A stretch of 64,000 nucleotides of DNA, from positions 297,089,749 through 297,153,748 of the forward strand of contig NC_085842.1 in assembly GCF_035594765.1 (NCBI RefSeq), written 5' to 3'. The notes under the pieces were generated by a model that saw only the letters and a program-made list of their open reading frames with translations, was not told where the DNA came from and ran no database searches. Positions 24,851 through 35,734 of this stretch are shown here, piece after piece (the first letter of the stretch is position 1; each line of letters opens with the position of its first letter). This DNA comes from Anolis carolinensis (taxonomy: Eukaryota). The position numbers and the translations under genes are program-made.

Positions 24851-26453
24851 TCAGGTTTTAAACTGATTTCACAGAAGAACTCACCACTATTAAAGTATTT
24901 AACAAATTATGCATTTGTGATTGACACATTTCAAAATATTGGGTATGACTGTGAACACCTGGATTTGTTATGGGAAACATAGAATGGTTCAAAAGTTAGA
25001 GGAAATGTTTTCTATAAGTGTTGATAGTACTGGTCTGAAAAAGACCATCAGTGTGGCCTAAATAGGAGCTATCTTCTCGCATCTATCAACACTGAAGAAT
25101 CATTCAAGCATTATGGAACAATGCTCTGAAACTGCTGGCAAGTGCTGAACTAGCAAATTGTGTTTCACTAGTGTGTGGCTATTTTAGCAATTGTGGATAT
25201 ATGCCTGATTTTGTTTATGCAGTGTGGCTTCAAAGGTACAAAATAAATAGAGTGCAACTGATTAATCATGCCCTTCATATGCCCATATTGTGTCCATCTC
25301 TATATTGTCATTGCATCTTTAATTGAATGTGTCATTTTGTATTTTATTATCACTTTAAATAAAACATATAATGATAACTAATGTCAGATTGCCTTGGAGA
25401 AAACAAGAGTTTTAATCATCACTCAACTTCACTATTTTCAAGGTGACTATTTCCTTGTATTTTAAATATATCTTTGCCTTGTTTAAATACTGAAGTTGCA
25501 CAATTGGGCTAAAGAAGGAACAGCAGTAGTGTGGGAAGTTGGAGTTACAAGTATGGTTTGGTGAATCGATGCAACTACTCAATGTAGAATGTATTAACTA
25601 CCAAGAATAATGTGACTGCAGTGCAATAGCAGGTTTATGTGAGAGTCCTACATCAGACCACTGGTTGTATAATCTATGCCGACTGTCAGTGATGGTCCAT
25701 AACTTTAGACAGATCTCTTTTACAGTCTCCCCTCAGTCAGCCAAATTGAACCTGGAACTTTTTCAGTGCAAAGAATGTGTTTTGAAAGTATGCTGCATTT
25801 CCTCCTCAATTGAACTTTCCATGTAGAATTCATACAAGCCCACTTCAAATTCAAATTATCATCATATTCAATTTAAAAATTAGTTTAATGAGGCCGTTTT
25901 ATTTCCACAGCAAGGCACACACAAGCTTATTAAAAGGAAATCAAGCAACACTTCAAAGGCAATTTAATATAAATCATTGAGACAATCCAATTCACAGGAT
26001 TTTTCCCAAGCAGCTAATTTTTTTATGAGCAATTTCCTGCCAAATGCAATGAGTTTATTCTAACAGAAAACAGTTTTAATAGGATGAAACATAAATGCCC
26101 ATTGTAATGAAATGAAGGCTAAATGCCTAGTACAATGAAATCAGAAGCAGTTTGAACTAGATTCAGGAAGCAGTCTCATTAGCTATGAGATTTCCCCTCA
26201 GAGACAGAAATAGCAATTGCAAAAATACCGTTTGAAACCCCGTAAAAACTACATCTTGATACGACTGTGTTCCACCCAGTTTTAATCCTGAAATTTAAAC
26301 TTGCATATGTTTAATCTTTGTTTTGTATATTTGTGTATTCTAATATGTTTTTGTAGAAATGTTTTAATATGTGTATTTTATAGAATGTTTTTAGATGATT
26401 ATGTATTTTAGTAATGTTGTAACCTGCCTTGAGGAAAGGCGGATAAGAAATAA

Positions 26454-26485
<32 letters not shown>

Positions 26486-27100
26486 ATATCACACCAATGA
26501 TATTCAATGAATGAAACAAAAGAAACTTACTATATACTAATTTTAGTAAACTGAAAAATGAAAGAGAAGTTTAAAGTGCCAGATAATACTCAAATATGAG
26601 AAATGATGGGAAAGAGTGGGGACAGCAGTCCAATAAATTAATAATACAACAAACAGTTTTTGTTTATTGTTTTATTAATTTGTACCCCACCTTTTCCACA
26701 GTGCTGGGACTCTTTTAAGTTTACAAAGTATTAAAATTAACACAGAATAAAACATACAAAAACATGCAATTTTTGTTTTCTAAAAACAGTGTAAAAGCAT
26801 TCTATAGAATAAAGGCATTTAAAATTAATTACAGCCAGAATATAATTGTTGTGCACATTTCACTATATTGAAACATTGACATTAATAAGTCAATGTTTAA
26901 TAAGTCAATAATTAGCGATGTGCAATTTGGTTACATCCCATGCTGGTTTTGGTGTCCAGATTTCAGTGACTCCTATTTGTTTTTCTGGAGCCTCCTGAAT
27001 TCAGCCAGGGGGAAGTCCATTTTTTTGGTTTAGCAGCCAAAAGATTTGGCCCATTGGTGGCAATGAGGAACTTACGAGGCTCTCCTTTCCGTCATTTTTA

Positions 27101-27297
27101 GGGCATCAGTCATAAGAAACTACTGTTTCTGGGATCGTTTCTCCTCATATCCTTCAACAAGACCTGAGTTTAAGGCATCAGACTTAAGAAAGCACTATTT
27201 TTGGTGTCCTTTTCTTTAATCTCCTTCAGCTAGGCATCAGGCTTAAGAAACCATTTTTCTGGGATCCTTTCCTCTAATATCCTTCAACTAGACCTGG
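27101..27297. repeat. Diverged minisatellite, 3 units of about 60-72 bp
   Basis: GGCATCAGxCxTAAGAAA...TTT(C)TGGGATC...TCCTTCA repeated at about 27102, 27174 and 27233. Confidence 0.75.
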
Positions 27298-27841
27298 GCA
27301 GGAATTGAATTCTCCCTGTGGGGACTCAAGGGAGTCAGGCTATCCCCTCTCTTCAGTAAATCACCCCAGTATTTAAACAGACCATCCCCAATGCCACTTT
27401 ACAGCCCATAAATGAAATTACCAAAGGAAAAGATTGGAATTGAGTCCAAAAGCAAGATCCTAAGAGCAGCGAAGGCCCTGAGACAGAACACGGAGCATGT
27501 GAGCAGTTTTCTTCTTCTGACTGGCTCAGGCAGGCAGCAGGACTCACAGCCTCACAGGGAAACCGGTGTGCACACGGCCGCCTCCCCTCTCCGTACTCCA
27601 TATGTAGCCAAAGAAACTGAAGGCAGCTCTTTTGGGCAGCCAGGTGGTCTGTTGCAGCTGGGGGGAAATGACAGCTGGCTAAAAAAGTCAGAGCCCGTTT
27701 TGAAAAAGAGATTCATGTACAGCCCTAATAAGTATAGGAATTTTATATGGTTTAATTTATCCAGCTGAAAATTTTCCTGGAGTAGTATGTATTTGATGAA
27801 TCAGACTGAAGTCTATAAAGACCTAATAGCTACCCATTTCA

Positions 27842-28142
27842 GTACTGTTCAATTATCCGGGCGGAAGCCACAAAGGGTACTAGAGAGCGAAGGATAGTCC
27901 ATTTTACAGGAAGGGAGTTGAAGGAGGAAAATCATTTCCCCTGTTTTCGCTGGTTATTCCCCCTCCCACTTCCCATGTCATAAACAAGGGTTGTTTCCAT
28001 GACAGGAACATGGGTGGGGGGAATACCAGGAAAACGGGGAAATTGTTTTCCCCCTTCAACCCATCCTCCACCCCAATAAAATGGACAATCCTTCTCTCTT
28101 TAGCGCTTCCTTGTGGCCTCCGCCTGGATAATGGAACAGTAC
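27842..28142. mobile_element. About 300-bp MITE with long TIRs (GTACTGTTCxATTATCC)
   Basis: Ends GTACTGTTCAATTATCCGGGCGG / CCGCCTGGATAATGGAACAGTAC; second copy at 35431-35734. Confidence 0.8.
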
Positions 28143-28544
28143 ACCAATTTCTTTCTCTTGGTCTCAAAGGTTTTGGAGTAATATTATTTTGGGATTAAGA
28201 TTAAGGAGCAGCTACACATGGTTGCTGATATATTGTCATATTTCCTATATTTAGTAAAGTACAGTTTCTCATTACTACAATATTTACTATGTAATATTCT
28301 TAGCTATATTTTCTATTGTAAAGCTGTGATGTCAGTCAAAAGAAGTTCATTCTGACTTTGAATTGCATGGATCCTACTGTACAAAGTCACTGTTTTTTAT
28401 AGGAACCAAAGTGAATTGCAGCATAATTCAACTGAGGTGCTGCCCACTTAGTATTCAGCCCTATATTGCCCTCCAGTGGTGATTTATCTTATCTCAATGT
28501 GACTTAACTTTTAACTAAAATAAACCTGCCTCATGATGTTTATG

Positions 28545-28750
28545 TAGGCCTTAAATACCCTAAAGTTACTTGATCTTGGAAGCTAAGCAAGGTCAGCCCT
28601 GGTTAATAGTTTTATCTGAGAGGACATCAATGAATGCCAGGTGCTGTAGGCTATAATTTAGAGAAAGGAACTGGCAAACCATTACTGAATATTCCTTGAA
28701 TAAGAAAACCTCATAGAATGCATGAAATTGCCATGTTGACAGGTGAACAT
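28545..28750 (+). mobile_element. 5S rRNA-headed SINE
   Basis: TGATCTTGGAAGCTAAGCAAGGTCAGCCCTGGTTA...GAATGCCAGGTGCTGTAGGCT matches vertebrate 5S rRNA (TGATCTCGGAAGCTAAGCAGGGTCGGGCCTGGTTA...GAATACCGGGTGCTGTAGGCT), then the shared body. Confidence 0.8.
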
Positions 28751-30153
28751 GAAATGTGACTCTTTCATAAACGGAAAGGCTCCTGTATATGAAAGAGACT
28801 GAAAGTCAATGGAAGTCCCTGTTGGAAGGAGGGAGGGATTTTTGCTGAGTCCTCCTCTCTGGAGTCTCTTTGGAGACTAGTTTAAGGAACTATAGGGGGG
28901 AAACAAATTCCTTAAACACTAAAGCAGGATCCATATTTGAGCTCCCTATATTCAGAAAAGGGAACCTTAAAAATGGGTGGCATGAGAGGCATTTTTAGTT
29001 TAAAAAGAGAGTGAGGGTCCTCAACCATGGCCATGGGGCCCATCAGCAGCCTGCAGCACACATTTTCCCCACCCGTCCTTGTGAAATTGTTCCTGCCTAT
29101 CCTGAAGTTCAAAGGTTAAATGAAGCTCTATGCATTTGAGGAAATTCTCTCCCTCCTGAACTTTTAATTTAGTTTCCAAATTTAGTCACTTTAATTATCA
29201 GTTAAGCATTTAGAAATGTTTCACTCTTTGCAATGCTTGAAATTTGGGTACCGAAGGAAAACTTCACGGAGAAGCAAACATTTATCTCTCTCCCCTATTT
29301 GACATAGGTACCATATTTGTATTAATTGTCTACTTTTTTCATGGTTCATGGACTAGCAATGATCTAGGGTGCTTCCAGACAGGCATTTATACCGGGAACA
29401 TTTGCCTATCCACCCACACCCCAGAAAGTCCGTGCTTTCTGGGGTGGGTGTCCAGATGTTCTCCTGGAACTTTCTGGGACGACACCCGGTCACTGTAACC
29501 TCCTCCCCAATTTTTCTCCCCCCCCCCCCAAATCTTCTGGCACATCATTCCCACGTGCCAGGAGAGCTGCAGGACCACTCTAATGGAGGCCTGGTAAGTT
29601 ATTTTACTTTTAAAAGGGATTTGGAGGACTTTTGGGGAGAGGTTGTTGTCCTCGTGGTTTTCCAGGCTAATTTAGCCCAGAAAATTGCTGGACTGCTGTC
29701 TGGACTGCAGTCCAGACAGCGGAAGTAGTGGATTTAACCCATTTTGTTTGCAATTCCTTTTTTGGCAGTTTTTCCCCACCAGTTTATGCTGTGGCTCCTT
29801 CCCAGGCATGTGATTATACAGCTTCAACTTCAGTCTCTCTGCCTCTCCCTATATATACACCTGACAGTATAGTAATATGAAAGAGCTGGGACTAGAAAAG
29901 GATCGGGTAGAACTAGCCCATGCCAATCTGTTTTTAGCTTAGGTGCCAGAATAAATATAAACCGGCAACTAATCTCCAAATCAGTCTGGAATCCCTATGA
30001 ACTAATGAACTATGAATAGCTCCTGAATTGCATTGATAATTAGGGTTCTCCCGAGTCTCAAAATGGCAAGTGTAACACAACCTAAATTGTATAGTGTATT
30101 CTTATTACTCTATATACCACTGAATCTCATTCTTGCCATGCAAGCCATAGCTT

Positions 30154-30294
30154 AGGCCCCTTCTACACAGCTGTATAAAATCCACATTGAATTGGATTAT
30201 ATGGCAGTGTGGACTCAGATAATCCAGTTCAAAGCTGATATTGTGGATAATTTGCCTTGATATTCTGGGTTATATGGCTGTGTGGAAGGGCCCT
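30154..30294. mobile_element. Harbinger-like MITE (same family as 19504)
   Basis: AGGCCCCTTCTACACAGC ... GCTGTGTGGAAGGGCCCT. Confidence 0.8.
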
Positions 30295-31300
30295 ATGTTG
30301 AATGCTCTGTATGCTCAATCTCCTTCTCTTGTTCCTAAAATACCTTTCCATGCATGATAGCACTAGCAAGCTTTGAACAGGCCATATAGGAAAAATATGG
30401 GAATACCAACCACCACCACCCCAAATCCCATAGATGTCTTCTTAAAAGAAACAGCACCCAGAATCCTTCATTCAGCATGGCGGCTAACTATTGAAGATGT
30501 AGGGCAATAAATGTACAAGCAATAAAAGGAGTCCCCAGCAAGAGAGTGTAAATGTGGATGCTTTAATGCAGCCTTCCCATGTTTTTAAAGCAATAACACA
30601 GCATTTACACATGTTTATGACAGTGAGGATCGTACAACTTTTCACATTTTGGGCTGCCATTCCAAGCATTCATCATCAACTAGGCTTGGACTGATAGTAG
30701 TTACAGTCCAACAACATCTATAGGATTCCCAATCCTGTTTCATGGGGAAAGCAAAATCCTGTTTCACTAGCAATATATTTTTAATTTTCAGAAAACATTA
30801 TCTGGATGTTATACAGGGACCTTCCACACAGCCATATAACCCAGAATATCAAGGCAGAAAATCCCACAATATCTGTTTTGAAATGGGGGTCCATCCAGAC
30901 TCTACCTTTATCACAGGAGCCTCCGCAGCGAACAGCAAATGCCATTTCCTCAAAACACGGGAGGCGCTACAAACAGCAAAAAACACGAGATTTTGAGGTG
31001 TGGGAATATCCCGGTTGTGAGCCTAAAATGCGGATATTTGCATGTTTGCAAACGGAAATCACGGGATTTTTAATCTCGGTTTGTTCCTGGGTTTCAGATA
31101 TTTGTTCCTGATTAGTTGTATCCTTAAAAATGGCAACAGTTGACTAGAGGGCAAAAACTTTATCCTGACAACAGAAACTTTTAATGAAGTTTGTTAACAA
31201 AGGTTTTGCCATGTAATCAACTTTCCCCATATATTTTTGATAACTTTCCCCATGTCTTTTTGATAACCGCAATGAAGGGGCCAGTTTCATGATTTGTTTT

Positions 31301-31755
31301 AGGCCCCTTCCACACAGCTGTATAAAATCCCACATTATCTGCTTTGAACTGGAATATATGGCAGTGTGGACTCAGATATCCCAGTTCAAAGCAGATATTA
31401 TGGATTATCTGCCTTGATACAGTAGTCTCATTGATCCAACATAAATGGGCCGGCAGAACGCTGGATAAGAGAAAATGTTGGATAATAAGGAGGGATTGAG
31501 GAAAAGCCTATTAAACGTCAAATTATGTTATGGCTTTACAAATTAAGCACCAAAACATCATGTTTTACAAGTCTGCCACTTGTGTCAGAGTGTGGCTGCA
31601 CTTGTGTTGTTAATGGGCATTTTGGCCCACTGTGTGTTGCTGCCTTGAGAAACAGCTGTGGATCCGGGCGGGAGGCAGACTGTGTTGGATAAACAAAGGT
31701 TGGATAAGCGAGACTCTACTGTATTCTGGGTTATATGGCTGTGTGGAAAGACCCC
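31301..31755. mobile_element. Harbinger-like MITE interrupted by a Tigger-like MITE (31420-31721)
   Basis: Host sequence CCTTGATA|TTCTGGG is split; the insert has CAGTAG...CTACTG termini with TA duplicated at 31418-31419 and 31722-31723. Confidence 0.88.
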
Positions 31756-32329
31756 TAGAAGAGACATTTTCTTCGCTTCTTTATTATACAGTTGTCAATC
31801 TAGAATCTGCATTTTCTATGGATCTGGTTTTGCACTAGATGACATGATCTCCATGGCCTCTTCCAACTCAAACCTCTTTGTGGGCATGAAACTGAGGCAA
31901 AAGAAGGGATTAGGATAGTTTGAGGCATCTGCACTGGAGCTTCCCAAACATGTCATGTTGGTGACACACTTCATGTATCATTACACAGTAATTCAGTTTT
32001 GCTAGTAAACCCAGTATGGGCCAACTTGGGCACTCTAGGTGTTTTGGACTTCAACTTCCACAATTCCTAACATCCAAAACACGTGGAGGACCCAAGTTGG
32101 CCTATGCCTGGACTAGTGGGAGTTGTAGTTCTACAAGGTCCTTAGTTCTACAAGGGAGTTGTAGTTCTACAAGTCTGCCCATGCCTGGACTAGTGGGAGT
32201 TGTAGTTCTACATGGTCCTTGTGCAAACTACAAACCCCAGCATTCCCTAGCCATGAAACCATGGCAGTTCAAGCGGTGTCGAATTGCATTAATCCCACAG
32301 TGCAGACGCACCTTGGGTTCCTGTCCCCC

Positions 32330-32900
32330 CCCCCCTCTTCTTTCCTCCCTTGGGCCTCGGCTTGTAACCCGAGCTGAGCAGCTGTCGGTGGGCGTCCCAC
32401 GGGCGGAGCTCCAGAGAATCCCCGTCCCTGCTGCCTGCCTGCCTACCTCGGCGGGGGTCTCCATCCCTCCCTCCCGCATGCCTTTCCCCACAGAGGGGAG
32501 GCCTGGGCGGCATGGCCTTGGCCCTCCGAGGCGCCCTGTGGCTCCTGCTGCTCGCCCTGCGCCGAGAGGCCCTCGCAGGTAGGCCCGACGCCTTTCCCTC
32601 CCTCTCCTCCTTCCTTCTGCAAACTTCTAGCGGTGTCTTTCTTCTATGCACGGGCTTTCCTTCCCCCTCTAATTTACATAGGAACGTTCTATTGAATTCT
32701 GGGAGTTGTAGTTTAGCCAGGCTGGTTGAGGGTGCTCAGCTTTCCTGCTTCGGACTGCGACTCAACGTTCCACGCTAGGTTGCCGTGGCAACGGAAGGCC
32801 TGTCGGGGGCGGGTCATCGCCGGCGGCGCGTGCCAGCGGCCGTTGCCTAGCAACGAGGCACTTGGTTTGGAGGAATGAATAGTTTTCAGTCGCCACGGTG
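32330..32900. promoter_or_regulatory. CpG island / promoter region of CSPG4B with two RFX X-boxes and a GC box
   Basis: The only markedly CpG-rich non-repeat stretch in the window; covers exon 1; GTTGCCGTGGCAAC 32779-32792, GGGGGCGGG about 32805-32813, GTTGCCTAGCAAC 32842-32854. Confidence 0.75.
32512..32578 (+). CDS. CSPG4B: CSPG4-like proteoglycan exon 1 (signal peptide)
   Basis: Strong Kozak GGCATGG; MALALRGALWLLLLALRREALA; donor GCAG|GTAGGC; 67 nt, phase 1 matching exon 2. Confidence 0.85.
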
Positions 32901-33276
32901 AGCCCTTCCCCACAGCCATATAACCTAGAATTGAACTGGAATATGTGGCAGTGTGGACTCAGATAACCCAGTTCAAAGCAGATACGGTGGGATTTTCTGC
33001 CTTGATATTCTGGGTTATATGGCCTGTGATGGACAAAGGGCAGGTGCAGAGGAGGAAGATAACAGAGGATGGAAACGACAACAACAAAACCCACCAGTCC
33101 CAAGCCTCTTCTACACTGCCATTTAAAATCCAGATTATCTGCTTTGAACTGTAATATTATGTGGCAGTGTAGACTCATATAATCCAGTTATCTGATTTGA
33201 TCGTCTGGATTATATGGCAGTGTAGAAGGGGTCCAAATCAGTACCTTTTTTCTGGAGAAACTGGTTGGCACTATAC

Positions 33277-33400
33277 CAGGCATGGGCAAACTTTGGCCCT
33301 CCAGGTGTTTTGGACTTCAACTCCCACAATTCCTAGGCTGTTAGGAATTGTGGGAGTTGAAGTCCAAAACACCTGGAGGGCCAAAGTTTGCCCATGTCTG
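33277..33400. mobile_element. hAT MITE, near-perfect 124-bp palindrome
   Basis: CAGGCATGGGCAAACTTTGGCCCTCCAGG ... CCTGGAGGGCCAAAGTTTGCCCATGTCTG; 8-bp TSD CACTATAC / CCCTATAC (1 mismatch). Confidence 0.9.
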
Positions 33401-34216
33401 CCCTATACTATCCTATATCTCAGGTTCTGATCCCATATTATCTTCTTATGCCAGATTATCTGGCAGTGTGGACTCATATAATCCAGTTAAAGCGGATAAT
33501 CGGGGATCAGATCCTGGAATATAGGGCACGGTATACTATATGTGTGTTAACTGGAAAATCAAATGCATGAAGCCGATTGGCTGAGTTTGCAAGGTCTGGG
33601 GAATCGGTTTGTAACTGTTGCTATCCTGCTGCTGGAGAACCAGTTTGAACAGGTTTCTCTGTGCGTGACTTCTGAGTAGTGGCTGGAGAGAAGATGGCTC
33701 TGTATTCAGGGAGGCCTGACTATTTCTGAGGCCTTGTTTGCTGCTGATCTTCACTGAAGCAGATTCATGGACTAAGAAAGGACTGCCTATAACTGCTGAT
33801 TTCTGCAAGCAAACAGAGGGACTATTGTAAATATCAATGTTCTGTTGATCTCTTGGATTTAGTAAAAGTTCCTGTGTTACTTAGTTCTGCAAAGCTGAGT
33901 GGTGCATCATTCTGCAGGATGTCTCTGAGTCACGTGCACACGTAAGAGCTTTCATCTATCATCTGCAATCCCCAACAGGGTAGAAGGGGCCCCAAGGGCT
34001 TCCTATGTAACCATTTGCGGCATAAAAGCACTTTATTCAGTGCTGGTTTGAAACCGTCTTAAATGGACAAAGTTGAGGCCAGAGTTGGTAACCTCTGAAT
34101 TACATCAATCTCTGCCTGATGAAGAGCTTTGTGAAGCTTGAAAGTTTATCTCCTTCAGTAGTGCAGATAATCCTGTAAAATCATAATCTGTGAATGAATC
34201 TGGCTATTGTGAAATA

Positions 34217-34540
34217 TAGTAGAGTCTCACTTATCCAACATAAATGGGCCAGCAAAATGTTGGGTAAGCAGAAATGTTGGATAATAAGGAGGGATTAAGG
34301 AAAAGCCTATTAAACGTCAAATTATGTTATGATTTTACAAATTGAGCACCAAAACATTATTTTTCACCACAAGCTTGCCACTTGTTTGGGAGTGTGGCTG
34401 CACTTGTGTTGTTGTTGGGAGTGTTCGCCCACTGTGCATTGCTGCCTAAAGAAACAGCTGTGGATTCGGGTGGGAGGCAGACTGCGTTGGATAATATAGA
34501 ACGTTGGATAAGCGATGGTTGGATAAGCAAAACTCTACTG
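34217..34540. mobile_element. Tigger-like MITE
   Basis: TA-flanked (C/T)AGTAGAGTCTCACTTATCCAAC ... GGATAAGCAAAACTCTACTG. Confidence 0.85.
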
Positions 34541-35430
34541 TAGCTTCAAGATGATAACATGGGTTGTAATCCTTGTCTGAACTTGTTTGGGGATTGAACT
34601 GATTGTGCAGCCTTTCTCCATTCTGGCAAAAGAATGTGCGACATCAGATTTCTGAATAATGAGATTCTAGATTTAATAACAGGCAGTTTCAAAGAAATTG
34701 CCTGTACAAGGACAGAAGATTTATTGCCGCTTTGAAGTTGAACTGTAGAATATTAATTTGTTTTATACTATATGTCTGTTTCAATGGTTCTCAGCCTGGG
34801 GTCCCCAGATGTTTTTGGCCTACAACTCCCAGGAATCCCAGCCAATTTACCAGCTGATTTTGGTATTCATGTTGGGTCCTGGAAGAAAACCCCAGCAGAT
34901 ACCAAGAGTCCACTGTATTTTTGTAATATAGCATGAGTGTCCAAGTCTGAACTCAGTCCTGATACATTTAGAAGGCTTTTCAGGCCCTCTCATGTTGTAG
35001 CCACAGTTCATTTTCACTGGAATATTCTCATTAAATAGGAATTAGTTTAGCAGTGGGGGTGGACAGAAGGTAGTTTTCTTGATAAATCTTTGGGGAGTTA
35101 ATAGTGAATCAGTAAGAATATCTTGCTCCCACTTTTCTATCAAGAATAGCAGCAAAAGAAGGCTTCCTCCAATCCCCTATCATCAAATTCTATAGAAAAG
35201 GAAAGAAAGTTTTGAATAACCAGAAGTGGATTTTTGTGTTCAAGGACTCTGAGCTCTGGTACTCAAAACAAATCCCTGGGGTTCATTATTCTTAAATTGA
35301 TTTTTGTTCACTTCTGAAATAGAACTCCAAAATTTCTTTCAGCTTTTATGGTCAAGGGCCATAATTTTGGGGGTTTCTGAGAGATGTAGCTTTAAAAAGT
35401 AAAGTCTGCAAGATCTATAAAAACATATGA

Positions 35431-35734
35431 GTACTGTTCTATTATCCGAGTGGACTCCAAAAGGGGACCTAGACATACAGATGGCTAGTACATTTTATGG
35501 GAGGGTGGGGGGAGCTGAAGGAGAAAAACCATTTCCCCATTTTCACTGGTTATTTCCCCCCCCCCCCTTTCCATATCATAAACAATGGTTGTTTCGACAA
35601 GAAGGAGATGGGTGGGGGGAATAACAGGAAAACGGAAATGGTTTAATTCCTTCAACCCCCTTTCCCCGTATAATGGTCTATCCTTCACTGTCTAACGCCC
35701 CCTAGTGGCCTCAACCTGGATAATGGAACAGTAC
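35431..35734. mobile_element. MITE, second copy of the 27842 family
   Basis: GTACTGTTCTATTATCC ... GGATAATGGAACAGTAC. Confidence 0.8.

Noticed and set aside
27101-27297. Repeat-spacer pattern superficially like a CRISPR array
   Set aside because: Eukaryotic context, and whole units are mutually similar with no unique spacers; it is a minisatellite.
28545-28652. Possible 5S rRNA gene
   Set aside because: Too diverged, lacks the T-run terminator, and is fused to a repeated SINE body.
32016-33178. Several long overlapping ORFs on both strands
   Set aside because: Explained by stop-codon scarcity in GC-rich island and MITE sequence; only the signal-peptide exon fits a gene model.
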